64,000 nt of DNA from a phage. How positions within the stretch are numbered: the first letter of the stretch is position 1; each line of letters starts with the position of its first letter. Both the position numbers and the translations under genes were made by a program. The DNA is taken from the sequence record PZ445551.1. One strand, given 5' to 3'. Below are positions 38,566 to 46,707 of this stretch, piece after piece. The notes under the pieces were generated by a model that saw only the letters and a program-made list of their open reading frames with translations, searched no databases and was not told the origin of the DNA.

Positions 38566-38766
38566 TTAATCCCCTTCATATTTAGGTAAAGGCATATATG
38601 CCACAATGGGAGGGTAATCAAAGTGAAAATGATGGTTCACCACAATAATCTTACCAGACATACTTTTATGCACTTCACAATACCCTTTTCCACCATCTTC
38701 CATTACCACCACATACTCACCTAGTGGGATATCGTATGGGTCTTCTACTTTCACCCATTCTGTCAT
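38566..38766 (-). CDS. Hypothetical small protein
   Basis: Start at ATG 38766 (MTEWVKV) with SD GAGGAG and an ATGA overlap to the upstream small ORF. Confidence 0.5.
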   Translation of the reverse strand: MTEWVKVEDPYDIPLGEYVVVMEDGGKGYCEVHKSMSGKIIVVNHHFHFDYPPIVAYMPLPKYEGD

Positions 38767-38918
38767 TTTGTAAACTCCTCGTAGTAAGGTAAAGCCTTGA
38801 TTAGTTGTTCTGAAGTGCCATTTTGCACCCACGTAACACCATTGTCAACAGAAACATACCCTTTTTTGTCAATAAATTTACGCAGACAGCCAGTGAACTT
38901 ATTTTTGTAGATAGCCAT
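38763..38918 (-). CDS. Small hypothetical protein (51 aa, below the ORF-track threshold)
   Basis: ATG at 38918 preceded by SD AAGGAG; hand-translated; stop overlaps the next start. Confidence 0.45.
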   Translation of the reverse strand: MAIYKNKFTGCLRKFIDKKGYVSVDNGVTWVQNGTSEQLIKALPYYEEFTK

Positions 38919-38930
38919 GTTTACTCCTTG

Positions 38931-39284
38931 TTACATCCACAGATTATGAAAATACTTAGCAAACAAAATACGACCTTCTAAACGATCTTGCCGCTGTTTT
39001 TCATTAACTTCTTCTGGTGGAGTTGAGTCCTTAAAAGAAGACTCCATTTTTTCAAGAATTTCTAACCAGTGTTCTGCTGCTCGTTCTTCCATATAAGGTA
39101 GATAGTCACCTTTAGCGTGTGGGTACATCCGACGAAGTAACCCACTAGGAATTTTAACATTGTTTGTGGCTATCACTTTTGCACGATACGCAGAAAGTGC
39201 ATTGTAGATCAGTTTACTTAGTGTCACATCCAGATCAAGAAGATCACTCTCTTCAAATTGAATTTCATCGTGTACAATTTTCAT
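38931..39284 (-). CDS. Hypothetical protein
   Basis: 117-aa ORF; 4-nt overlap with the upstream gene. Confidence 0.55.
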   Translation of the reverse strand: MKIVHDEIQFEESDLLDLDVTLSKLIYNALSAYRAKVIATNNVKIPSGLLRRMYPHAKGDYLPYMEERAAEHWLEILEKMESSFKDSTPPEEVNEKQRQDRLEGRILFAKYFHNLWM

Positions 39285-39568
39285 CGTGCCTTCTCCCGAT
39301 CTGCATCTAATTTCAACAAGAAAGCTGTATACTCTTCCGAACCTTGGTGTAAAAACATGTGATAAGAGCTTACCAGTTTCTTCGTTGTTGTATAACGTTC
39401 CATTTCCCCAACAACACCTCCACCTAGTGTGTAGAGCACAATACCTTCAACTCCAACATAGGTTACTACTTCAACCAAGTCTGTGTTATCCCAATAGTAG
39501 TTAGGTGACACAATAAGATCGCCCACTGCCAGTTTAATGTTTGCTACTTCGTCTTGTGAATAATACAT
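39281..39568 (-). CDS. Hypothetical protein
   Basis: 95-aa ORF. Confidence 0.55.
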   Translation of the reverse strand: MYYSQDEVANIKLAVGDLIVSPNYYWDNTDLVEVVTYVGVEGIVLYTLGGGVVGEMERYTTTKKLVSSYHMFLHQGSEEYTAFLLKLDADREKAR

Positions 39569-39580
39569 TTGGTTCTCCTC

Positions 39581-39871
39581 TCACATTAAGACACGTTTTG
39601 TGTTGATGGGTGCATTATCAAACATGTTTATCACTTTGTCAAGTTTGTGTATTAACTCGTTCGTAATGTTCCACTCTTTGTATGATCTCCATTGTTTCTT
39701 ATTCTCACCTACCTGGTGTAAAACTTTGATTGGTGCATTCAAACGTACATTGCGTTCTTTGTCCTCTTCAAAAGAGGCTAACCATTTTTCGTTATGTCCA
39801 TGAACAGCAATAATAATGCCAAAACCATCAAAAGTTTCTGTAATATTCTTAGTTGCTAGTGTGATGTTCAT
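39581..39871 (-). CDS. Hypothetical protein (first gene of the minus-strand block)
   Basis: 96-aa ORF adjacent to the divergent intergenic region. Confidence 0.55.
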   Translation of the reverse strand: MNITLATKNITETFDGFGIIIAVHGHNEKWLASFEEDKERNVRLNAPIKVLHQVGENKKQWRSYKEWNITNELIHKLDKVINMFDNAPINTKRVLM

Positions 39872-39990
39872 ATCTAACCTCTTTTGTTACGATACACACA
39901 GAGTACCAGAAATTAATTTCAGATCAAGTATTGACATACTGTTTTATTGTGCTAATCTTAATGCATACACAAATGAGAGGAGATAAACGA
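39872..39990. promoter_or_regulatory. Divergent intergenic control region (strand switch; TTGACA -35-like box for the plus-strand block)
   Basis: Genes to the left are all minus-strand, genes to the right all plus-strand; TTGACA about 50 nt upstream of the 39991 start. Confidence 0.4.
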
Positions 39991-40542
39991 ATGCAAAACA
40001 CCGATCTGACTTGGATAGAAGCCAAAGAAGCAATGTTAAAAGGCAAACGCGTTAAACATAAATACTTTTGCGAAGGAGAATGGTTTGAAATGCGTAACCG
40101 ATCCCTTGTAGATGAAAAAGGGAATGACATGCAACAATGGTTCAAAAATGAAATTTGGCAGGGAACAGGTTGGTCTGTAGTTGAAGAGCAGCCTAGCTCA
40201 AGCGCACTGTTTAGCCCTATTATGTATCGCGTTATCGGTGCTTTAGTTGTTGATCACAGGATTGCAGTGGAAAAAGAATGCTGGGAAGAGGTATCTTTTT
40301 TCAACCTGGCTTCTTATGCAAAAAGCCATATGCACTTGTTTGAAGAAGGGGATGAATTTGTTCTTCGTATGCGCTATGGCAAAGAATTCAGATTATCACT
40401 TGATAATGATGTAGACACTGTTGTAAAATGGTTAGCAGAGCATTACGCTTACGATGCAATTTGTGGTCGCAGCTTCGGCAACGAACGCTGGGACATGATT
40501 TGTGAAAAATATGATTTTGAGCCGGAGTACGGAGTTTTATAA
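39991..40542 (+). CDS. Hypothetical protein
   Basis: Start at ATG 39991 with SD GAGAGGAG; longest ORF from 39931 lacks an RBS. Confidence 0.6.
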   Translation: MQNTDLTWIEAKEAMLKGKRVKHKYFCEGEWFEMRNRSLVDEKGNDMQQWFKNEIWQGTGWSVVEEQPSSSALFSPIMYRVIGALVVDHRIAVEKECWEEVSFFNLASYAKSHMHLFEEGDEFVLRMRYGKEFRLSLDNDVDTVVKWLAEHYAYDAICGRSFGNERWDMICEKYDFEPEYGVL

Positions 40543-40793
40543 TGTTAAGTATCAAACCTAAAATGATAACAGAAGACGAAGCAGACTTTATTTTCAAATG
40601 TGGACGTGTATGGAGAGAATTCACAAAAGGAAATGAAGTGGTGGTTGTTGTTGAACACAAGATATCTATTCAGGATCTGTTTGGACAATATGTTGATGTT
40701 ATTAAATTAGGTATTGACAAGGGTTTAGTTGAGGTGTTAACATTAGATCAAGTTGAAGCAGAGCACCTCAATAAAGTAGTGGTTGAATTTTAA
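40542..40793 (+). CDS. Hypothetical protein
   Basis: 83-aa ORF, translationally coupled to its neighbour. Confidence 0.55.
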   Translation: MLSIKPKMITEDEADFIFKCGRVWREFTKGNEVVVVVEHKISIQDLFGQYVDVIKLGIDKGLVEVLTLDQVEAEHLNKVVVEF

Positions 40794-40813
40794 AATACAG
40801 ACGGGAGAAAGGT

Positions 40814-40987
40814 ATGAGTTTCTTTGTTACAGTATTTATGGCTATCTGGATTGTAGTCTCACTCGTTCTTTTCCTGGTGGGTTGTCTGGAAGAGATTAAG
40901 AAAGCGGTTATTTGCGGTTTCTTTGGCTTTATTATCTCTCCTGCCTGGATGTGGTTCTTCATTATTATTGGTTTCCTTAAAAGGTAA
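40814..40987 (+). CDS. Small membrane protein (57 aa, below the ORF-track threshold)
   Basis: ATG 40814 after GGGAGAAAGG; two hydrophobic segments; hand-translated. Confidence 0.45.
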   Translation: MSFFVTVFMAIWIVVSLVLFLVGCLEEIKKAVICGFFGFIISPAWMWFFIIIGFLKR

Positions 40988-41001
40988 GTGAGGAATAAAG
41001 A

Positions 41002-41439
41002 ATGAGTAAAACAAACGCAATCGCAGATAAAGCAACTGATGTACTTCTGAACATGGTTAACGTCACTATTCAAACAATGAGTGATGTTGTAGAGTTTGGA
41101 AAACAACAAATTCCAGAAGTAATTCATCAATTATTAGTGTGGAAAGCAGTATCCGCAGGTTTATGGCAACTTTTTAGTATTTGCTTTATGTTTATTACTT
41201 TTATTGCTGTGCGGAACCTCGTAAAAGCAATTAAAGATAAAGAATGCCTGTGGTCACGAGATCGCTATGGTGAAGTATCTGCTTTACCTATTGTTGGCCT
41301 TGTTGTCTGTGCTTTCTTTTTCTTTTTAGGATTTGTTATTTTCTTTTCGAATTTTGATTGGCTAAAAATCATTATTGCACCAAAAGTGTATCTGATTGAA
41401 TTTGCTGCTGATTTAATTCGTTCATCTCAACAAAAATAA
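41002..41439 (+). CDS. Membrane protein
   Basis: 145 aa with several hydrophobic helices. Confidence 0.6.
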   Translation: MSKTNAIADKATDVLLNMVNVTIQTMSDVVEFGKQQIPEVIHQLLVWKAVSAGLWQLFSICFMFITFIAVRNLVKAIKDKECLWSRDRYGEVSALPIVGLVVCAFFFFLGFVIFFSNFDWLKIIIAPKVYLIEFAADLIRSSQQK

Positions 41440-41451
41440 AAGGGGTTTAAA

Positions 41452-42579
41452 ATGAAATACACGATTTATGGTGATATTGTAAGTGTAAATAAAGATATGG
41501 GCGTGGAATCTAACTATCTTCCACCAGGATTCTATACTGTTAGTCGTGATCCCCTTGGCAATTATTTTTTAAGCCGTGGTAATCTGACAGGTGTACCGGA
41601 TGTTTTGTATGGTGAAACAGAAAAACGAGCAAATCACGTTATCCGTACATTCCATCGCCGGAGTGCACAAGGTAAAAACACAGGCTTGCTTCTGACAGGA
41701 ACTAAGGGCAGTGGTAAAACTATGTTAGCCAAACTCATTAGTCGTGACCTTGTAGAAGAAGGTATTCCAACTATTATGGTTACTCAAGCCTATAGTGATG
41801 CTAATTTCATTGAACTTATTAGCAAGATCACCGACAAAGCAGTGATTATTTTTGACGAGTTTGATAAAGTATATGAGAAGAAACAAGATCAAGAAGCACT
41901 TCTCACTTTGTTAGATGGTACTGGCAGTGGTAATAAACTGTTTATTCTGACTAAAAACAGTGGTTTTATCTCTGAATTCTTTTTAAATCGTCCTAGTCGT
42001 GTGTTTTATAATTTTAATTATGATAAAATCTCACTAGAAACTATGATTGACTATTTAGATAAAAACCTGGATAACAAAGCACACTTTGATAATTTCCAAA
42101 GACTTTGGGATGTAAGTTTAGAGTTGTCCTTTGATGTGATCCAAGGTATAGTAGAAGAACTTAATTTCTACCCTGATTTATCCTTTAAAGAATGTATCTC
42201 TATGATGGGCGTTTCTTTAGGTGGTGGTAATAAATGGGATATCAGCAGTGTTGTTATTAATGGGAAACTTCAGAAAGTTAGCTGGGTATCTAGTTGGCAT
42301 AACTTTACACCTGCAATCTTTTTAGGTGGCTCGTGCACACTAGACGTGTACTTGTCATCTCCAAGTGATGCAGACTCTAAAGAAGCCCTTGCTAATAGCT
42401 CTTACGTGGTTTTTGATGATGAAGGAGATGCTCGAATTCCATTGAATGCGACAAAAATGAAAGCAGATCTTATTACAGGCGGTAAAATCGTTGTGTTTAG
42501 TGATGATCCAGAAGATTCTTTCCGTATTGTTCTGGAACCAACTATCACCAATGGTGCAACTTTGGCAAGTGTGTTTTAA
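41452..42579 (+). CDS. P-loop NTPase (AAA-like ATPase), paralog of 26312-27472
   Basis: Walker A GTKGSGKT, Walker B IIFDEFDK; collinear with the minus-strand paralog over about 250 residues. Confidence 0.8.
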   Translation: MKYTIYGDIVSVNKDMGVESNYLPPGFYTVSRDPLGNYFLSRGNLTGVPDVLYGETEKRANHVIRTFHRRSAQGKNTGLLLTGTKGSGKTMLAKLISRDLVEEGIPTIMVTQAYSDANFIELISKITDKAVIIFDEFDKVYEKKQDQEALLTLLDGTGSGNKLFILTKNSGFISEFFLNRPSRVFYNFNYDKISLETMIDYLDKNLDNKAHFDNFQRLWDVSLELSFDVIQGIVEELNFYPDLSFKECISMMGVSLGGGNKWDISSVVINGKLQKVSWVSSWHNFTPAIFLGGSCTLDVYLSSPSDADSKEALANSSYVVFDDEGDARIPLNATKMKADLITGGKIVVFSDDPEDSFRIVLEPTITNGATLASVF

Positions 42580-42593
42580 GTAAGCCAGCAAAT

Positions 42594-42620
42594 AAAAACC
42601 CGCTCCGGCGGGTTTTCTTG
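42594..42620 (+). terminator. Rho-independent terminator (AACCCGC-tccg-GCGGGTT + TTCTTG)
   Basis: Stem-loop and T-tract immediately after the ATPase stop. Confidence 0.65.
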
Positions 42621-42653
42621 TATTGATACCAGATTTAATAAGAGGAGTAATAG

Positions 42654-43826
42654 ATGACAGCACCAAAATCATGGGAACAATATAAAGAAGAATTAACACC
42701 CCTTGCTAAAAATCACAATATTCAAATCCTGGGTTATGTTGGTGAATGGAAAGGGAACAAGACTAAACTTAAGCTATCTTGCCCTAAACATGGAGAGTGG
42801 AACACCACGAACATTAATGATTTTAAGAAGGGACGTGGTTGTCCTATCTGTTCTGGTAAGAAGCCGTTAACATGGGAAACAGAATTGCCGATCTTGGAAG
42901 AGATAGCACAGAAGAGGGGGTATCAGGTGTTAGGGTACGTGGGAGAATGGAAAGGGAATAAAACAAAACTTGATTTGTTGTGTCATTGTGGTAATAAATG
43001 GGATACTACAAGTATTAACAATTTTAAACGTGGTAGCGGTTGTCCACAATGTAAGAGGGAGAGACAAACAATGTCCGACGATCAACATATTGCAGATTTC
43101 TTTTCTACAGGGGAATTTAAGGAAGGCACTATCTTCACCAATACAGGGAAACGTAACAAGCGTGATGCAGTATGGATGGTTGAGTGTCCTGTTTGCTCCC
43201 ATGATGAATATGTTCAAGCAGGTGTTTGTGATGGTAAATTTTACTCTGCAGGACATAACCTTAAACAAGGGTATATTCCGTGTCGTTGTGGGAACTATCA
43301 GTATACAGAAGACCAGATCACCTATAGGGTAAAAAAGGAAGTAGAAGGGAAAGGGTATGTCTGGGTAGATTGGATTACCAAACCCTCTTCTATAGGTAAG
43401 TTTAAATATCTTTGTCTTGTGCATGGTGAGCAGATAGGGAGTGCTCGTAATTTATTAAGCCTCGGTCAAGGTTGTCCACAGTGTGCTGGTCATAATCAAC
43501 AGCAATTATATATTAATATTGTTAAAGATAATGATATTATAGTTGCCCTTAAGTTTGGTATATCTAAAGATAGCGATAGACGATTAAACGGTCAAAATAG
43601 CCGTAATCTGTTTTTTATGGAGCGTATTTGTTTATATGATTTTAGCACAGTGAAACAATGTAGGGCTGCTGAAAGAGCTATAAAGAAAAAATTAAAAACT
43701 GGTATTTTAACGGCAAGAGAGTTGAAAGATGGTTATACAGAAACAGTAAGTGTTTCTGATTTGGAAAATCTTCAAAAAATTATTACACAATATGGTGGCA
43801 AATTAGTATACAGTAAGGAGATGTAA
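42654..43826 (+). CDS. Protein with three zinc-ribbon-type repeats (GCPxC) and a C-terminal T5orf172/GIY-YIG-like domain
   Basis: Tandem repeats LGYVGEWKGNKTKL...GCPICSG / ...GCPQCK / ...GCPQCAG; C-terminus IVALKFGISKDSDRRL resembles T5orf172. Confidence 0.55.
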   Translation: MTAPKSWEQYKEELTPLAKNHNIQILGYVGEWKGNKTKLKLSCPKHGEWNTTNINDFKKGRGCPICSGKKPLTWETELPILEEIAQKRGYQVLGYVGEWKGNKTKLDLLCHCGNKWDTTSINNFKRGSGCPQCKRERQTMSDDQHIADFFSTGEFKEGTIFTNTGKRNKRDAVWMVECPVCSHDEYVQAGVCDGKFYSAGHNLKQGYIPCRCGNYQYTEDQITYRVKKEVEGKGYVWVDWITKPSSIGKFKYLCLVHGEQIGSARNLLSLGQGCPQCAGHNQQQLYINIVKDNDIIVALKFGISKDSDRRLNGQNSRNLFFMERICLYDFSTVKQCRAAERAIKKKLKTGILTARELKDGYTETVSVSDLENLQKIITQYGGKLVYSKEM

Positions 43827-44378
43827 ATGCGGATTACTGATAAGTATGTGTTCTTCTTCTCGGCAAAAGATGAATTTAGCAACTGGTATCTATCATCTTT
43901 TATTGAACCTTTAGCTCCCAAGTATAATAATTCTATTACAAGTTCTGTTGAATTTACTTGTGTGGAACAATATATGATGTGGAGAAAAGCATGTTTGTTT
44001 TATGATTACAACATTGCATCTTCTATTTTAACCGGAGATCTAAGATATACAGGAGAAAAAGAACAAGCATATTATAAGCGACTAGGCAGATTAGTTAAAG
44101 ATTATGATGAAGATACCTGGACTTCTTTACGGGAGAAGATTGTCAAACGTGGTTTGTATCTTAAATACACACAAAATGAAGATCTCAAAAATAAACTTAT
44201 AGCCTACGCAGATAAGGAGTTCGTAGAGGCAAGCCCTTATGATTCTATTTATGGTATCAAAATGGGGATGTGGGATCGGGACGTGGAAAATAAGGATTGT
44301 TGGAAAGGACAAAATCTTTTAGGAAAATGGCATACAGACCTTGCTGTTTATCTAAAAGCACAATCTGATATTTCCTGA
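43827..44378 (+). CDS. NADAR-domain protein (YbiA-like; candidate DNA ADP-ribosyl-guanine hydrolase)
   Basis: Motifs FFFSAKDEFSNW, CVEQYMMWRKA, W-KGQNLLGKW agree with the NADAR/YbiA pattern; 183 aa. Confidence 0.55.
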   Translation: MRITDKYVFFFSAKDEFSNWYLSSFIEPLAPKYNNSITSSVEFTCVEQYMMWRKACLFYDYNIASSILTGDLRYTGEKEQAYYKRLGRLVKDYDEDTWTSLREKIVKRGLYLKYTQNEDLKNKLIAYADKEFVEASPYDSIYGIKMGMWDRDVENKDCWKGQNLLGKWHTDLAVYLKAQSDIS

Positions 44379-44596
44379 TATTTTGAAAATTTTTATTTTT
44401 ATAAAAAGGGGTGTGGGTTTCATGTACGGAAATTCACCCTCTGCACAGTATATCCAGAGTAAGTAGTATTCTATACCCTGTTAATAAAGTATTTAATTTG
44501 TTTGTTGGACTATGGTATCTGATCTTTAAAAGGCATACTATCTCTTAACTACTACTTATAACAGAACAGTAAAATCATTTTTATAAAAAGTACAAA

Positions 44597-44800
44597 ATTA
44601 TTTAAAGTTTTTACAGATTTTTGGGTACAAATTTTGAAAATGAAAAGTTCAAGTTTGGTCAAAATTATTTAAAGTTTTTGTACGTATTTCTATTCAGATT
44701 TTGAAAATGAAAACTTCAATTTTTTAAAAATTCCCCAGTTTATTTAAAGTTTTTTTGCCTTTTTCCGTAGAAAAATCAAAAATGAAAAGTTCAATTTCGT
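44597..44800. repeat. Three tandem direct repeats (about 65-75 bp units: TATTTAAAGTTTTT ... GAAAATGAAAAGTTCAA)
   Basis: Repeated unit read directly in an AT-rich non-coding stretch. Confidence 0.6.
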
Positions 44801-44817
44801 GTTTTTATAGGTGTGTT

Positions 44818-44928
44818 AATGAGAATCATTTTCGTTTGTAAATGAGAATCATTATCATTTAACTATGTAAGTGATAATCATTCTCAGTAAGAGAATGAGA
44901 ATCCTTAGCAAATGAGAATTTTCTCATT
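44818..44928. promoter_or_regulatory. Cluster of five AATGAGAATCATT / GATAATCATTCTC iteron-like sites (Fur-box-like), including the perfect 18-bp palindrome AATGAGAATTTTCTCATT
   Basis: Repeated half-sites resembling the GATAAT hexamer of the Fur box; non-coding. Confidence 0.45.
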
Positions 44929-45044
44929 TAGAGAATAACGCGCAGGGGTGGTGTTTGTCTCGCGCTCCCGTGTCCCCTCGCCATACAATAAGAATAGCAT
45001 AACCAACAACAAAAGCAAGCGATTATTTTTATCTTTACATTTCT

Positions 45045-45458
45045 TTACAAATTTATTTTAGACGAGCTACCGGCGATCAACCTTCCAACCAGTGCCCCCT
45101 GGTATGTTAGCCCCGCCTTTACGCCGTGGGGGTGGCGCTTCCTCTTCTGTATGTAAAACAGTATAAGCCCGATCCCTGGGCTTGTCAAGATTATTTTTTG
45201 TTTTCTTGCCAGGATAGGACACCTAACCAAAAATACATGTCGCCCCGCGCCCCCTGGTGGGATCTTGCTTTCCCCGCCGCCACTGCAAGCCCATAGATAA
45301 CCATTTGCGAACGTATCAAAATGATCTATTTCTTCCACCTTATGATCGCCCAGGTTGAGAACGGTTTCAACCTTTAAGCCCGTTGCGCTTGCTACCTGGT
45401 GCACCGTGCCGCCTTGCCAGCCTAATGAGTGCATGAGGTGTGAAGTAGTATTTGTCAT
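45045..45458 (-). CDS. Hypothetical ORF inside a GC-rich island (coding status uncertain)
   Basis: 137-aa ORF on the opposite strand from flanking genes; region is visibly GC-richer than its surroundings; no clear SD. Confidence 0.25.
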   Translation of the reverse strand: MTNTTSHLMHSLGWQGGTVHQVASATGLKVETVLNLGDHKVEEIDHFDTFANGYLWACSGGGESKIPPGGAGRHVFLVRCPILARKQKIILTSPGIGLILFYIQKRKRHPHGVKAGLTYQGALVGRLIAGSSSKINL

Positions 45459-45829
45459 GGTATCGCCCTTTCTTTGATGTGTGCCCTGGTTGGCGCGGTA
45501 GAAAGATAATAGCCCTTTCCTTTATAGATAGCAAGCAAAAAAGAAATGAAAAAAAGATTAAAAAAGGGGTTGACGTTCCTCACCTGGTAGCGTATTATTC
45601 ATCTTGTCGAGGGGGGCGAGGCACAACGACAATAAACAAAAGGAGGGCGCAATGTAGGACGGGCAAAGGTGAGGATCTCCACAATCCACCGTCACAATAA
45701 CATTACTTATAAAAGGTTGATAACGATGATCAAGAAAGAAAACAGCTTGACGGTTGGAACGATTAACGCTATCATTTTCGCCGTTCCATTTTGGGTTGTA
45801 GTAGCGGTTATTATCTTTTAAAAATATTC

Positions 45830-45887
45830 TTGACAACGTTTTTTAATCTGATAAGATGTATCACATAGGGCGGCAATAGTGCCGCTC
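45830..45887 (+). promoter_or_regulatory. sigma70-like promoter (TTGACA -35) + 5' GC stem-loop cassette
   Basis: TTGACA at 45830; stem-loop GGGCGGC-aatagt-GCCGCTC; ATG at 45910. Confidence 0.55.
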
Positions 45888-45909
45888 ATAACAGAAGAGA
45901 GAAATAATC

Positions 45910-46182
45910 ATGGCATCATATAGCGCATCAATGATCGTAACGGGCATCACTGGTAAACCTATGCGCGGTGGCGGATCTTTCGCTAACATCAATATTGATG
46001 GGCGTTTATCCCTGGACGCAGCGATCACAGTGGCACGGGAAACGTTTAAAAAAGAATGTAATTTCAATAAACAAGATTATCTCGGTTTCGCTATTGAAAA
46101 AACCGCGCGCTTTGTTGATTATAAAAGCCCGAAAATGGTTGATACTACACTAAAAGCGCAAGATGTAGCATTTTTGCTTTAA
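45910..46182 (+). CDS. Hypothetical early protein
   Basis: 90-aa ORF behind a promoter/stem-loop cassette. Confidence 0.6.
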   Translation: MASYSASMIVTGITGKPMRGGGSFANINIDGRLSLDAAITVARETFKKECNFNKQDYLGFAIEKTARFVDYKSPKMVDTTLKAQDVAFLL

Positions 46183-46185
46183 GGC

Positions 46186-46246
46186 TTGACACTGAAAAAT
46201 AATTTGGTAATATATACTACATAGGGCGGGGAAATGGTTTCCCGCC
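46186..46246 (+). promoter_or_regulatory. sigma70-like promoter + 5' GC stem-loop cassette
   Basis: TTGACA at 46186; stem-loop GGGCGGGG-aaatggttt-CCCGCC; ATG at 46269. Confidence 0.55.
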
Positions 46247-46268
46247 AAATCAAAGAAAGGGTAACACA

Positions 46269-46631
46269 ATGAGCAAGCAAATCAATACTATCATGTTAAA
46301 CCTGGTATCTTTCCGCGATGACGTGAAAAATCTTTCGCGTGATGCAGTGGATGCACGGATCGAAAGCTATCGCTCACAGATCGCAACATTACCGCTAAAA
46401 CGTGATCAACATGCCGCTAATATGATGCTTAATGCTATGCTTAAAAAGATGATTCAATGTGATCTTACCCTGGCTTATGAATATGCTGGCGATCTCTTTG
46501 TAACATACAATAAGCCCGTTCCAGGTATGAGCACAACCGAAGAATTGCATGCCTTAAATCTGCGACAAGATGCATGGGATAATATGCGCCGCGTTATGGT
46601 ATGGGTAGAAAGCGGCAAAATTTACGCATAA
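46269..46631 (+). CDS. Hypothetical early protein
   Basis: 120-aa ORF behind a cassette. Confidence 0.6.
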   Translation: MSKQINTIMLNLVSFRDDVKNLSRDAVDARIESYRSQIATLPLKRDQHAANMMLNAMLKKMIQCDLTLAYEYAGDLFVTYNKPVPGMSTTEELHALNLRQDAWDNMRRVMVWVESGKIYA

Positions 46632-46670
46632 AGGCTTTACATTACACGAAAACCTGATAAGCTATCTTAA

Positions 46671-46690
46671 AGCGGGAATAGTTCCCGCTT
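46671..46690 (+). promoter_or_regulatory. 5' GC stem-loop (GCGGGAA-tag-TTCCCGC); upstream promoter weak or unclear
   Basis: Same class of stem-loop as the other cassettes, about 18 nt before ATG 46708. Confidence 0.4.
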
Positions 46691-46707
46691 TCATAGGATA
46701 AAACTTT

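Noticed and set aside
40768-41130. Minus-strand 120-codon ORF overlapping plus-strand genes at 40.8-41.1 kb
   Set aside because: The region is densely covered by plus-strand genes with SD sequences; the minus ORF has no RBS and breaks the operon polarity.
44597-44940. Possible CRISPR array (regularly repeated sequence in non-coding DNA)
   Set aside because: Repeat units are AT-rich, differ in length and are imperfect, with no uniform spacers and no cas genes; more consistent with iterons or binding-site arrays.
45641-45657. Start-stop element (AGGAGG then ATG-TAG) in the GC-rich island
   Set aside because: A single occurrence that could be coincidental; no evidence of a regulatory role from sequence alone.
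45452-45836. Overlapping ORFs 45452-45700 (plus) and 45558-45836 (minus) in the GC-rich island
   Set aside because: Mutually overlapping, low-complexity translations without RBS; the island's coding status is unresolved.
45860-45887. Phage (T7-like) RNA polymerase promoters, because CACATAGGGCGG resembles the T7 promoter core CACTATAGGGAGA
   Set aside because: Each element is preceded at correct spacing by canonical sigma70 -35 and -10 hexamers, which favours host RNAP; a single-subunit RNAP promoter cannot be fully excluded without the RNAP gene or start-site data.
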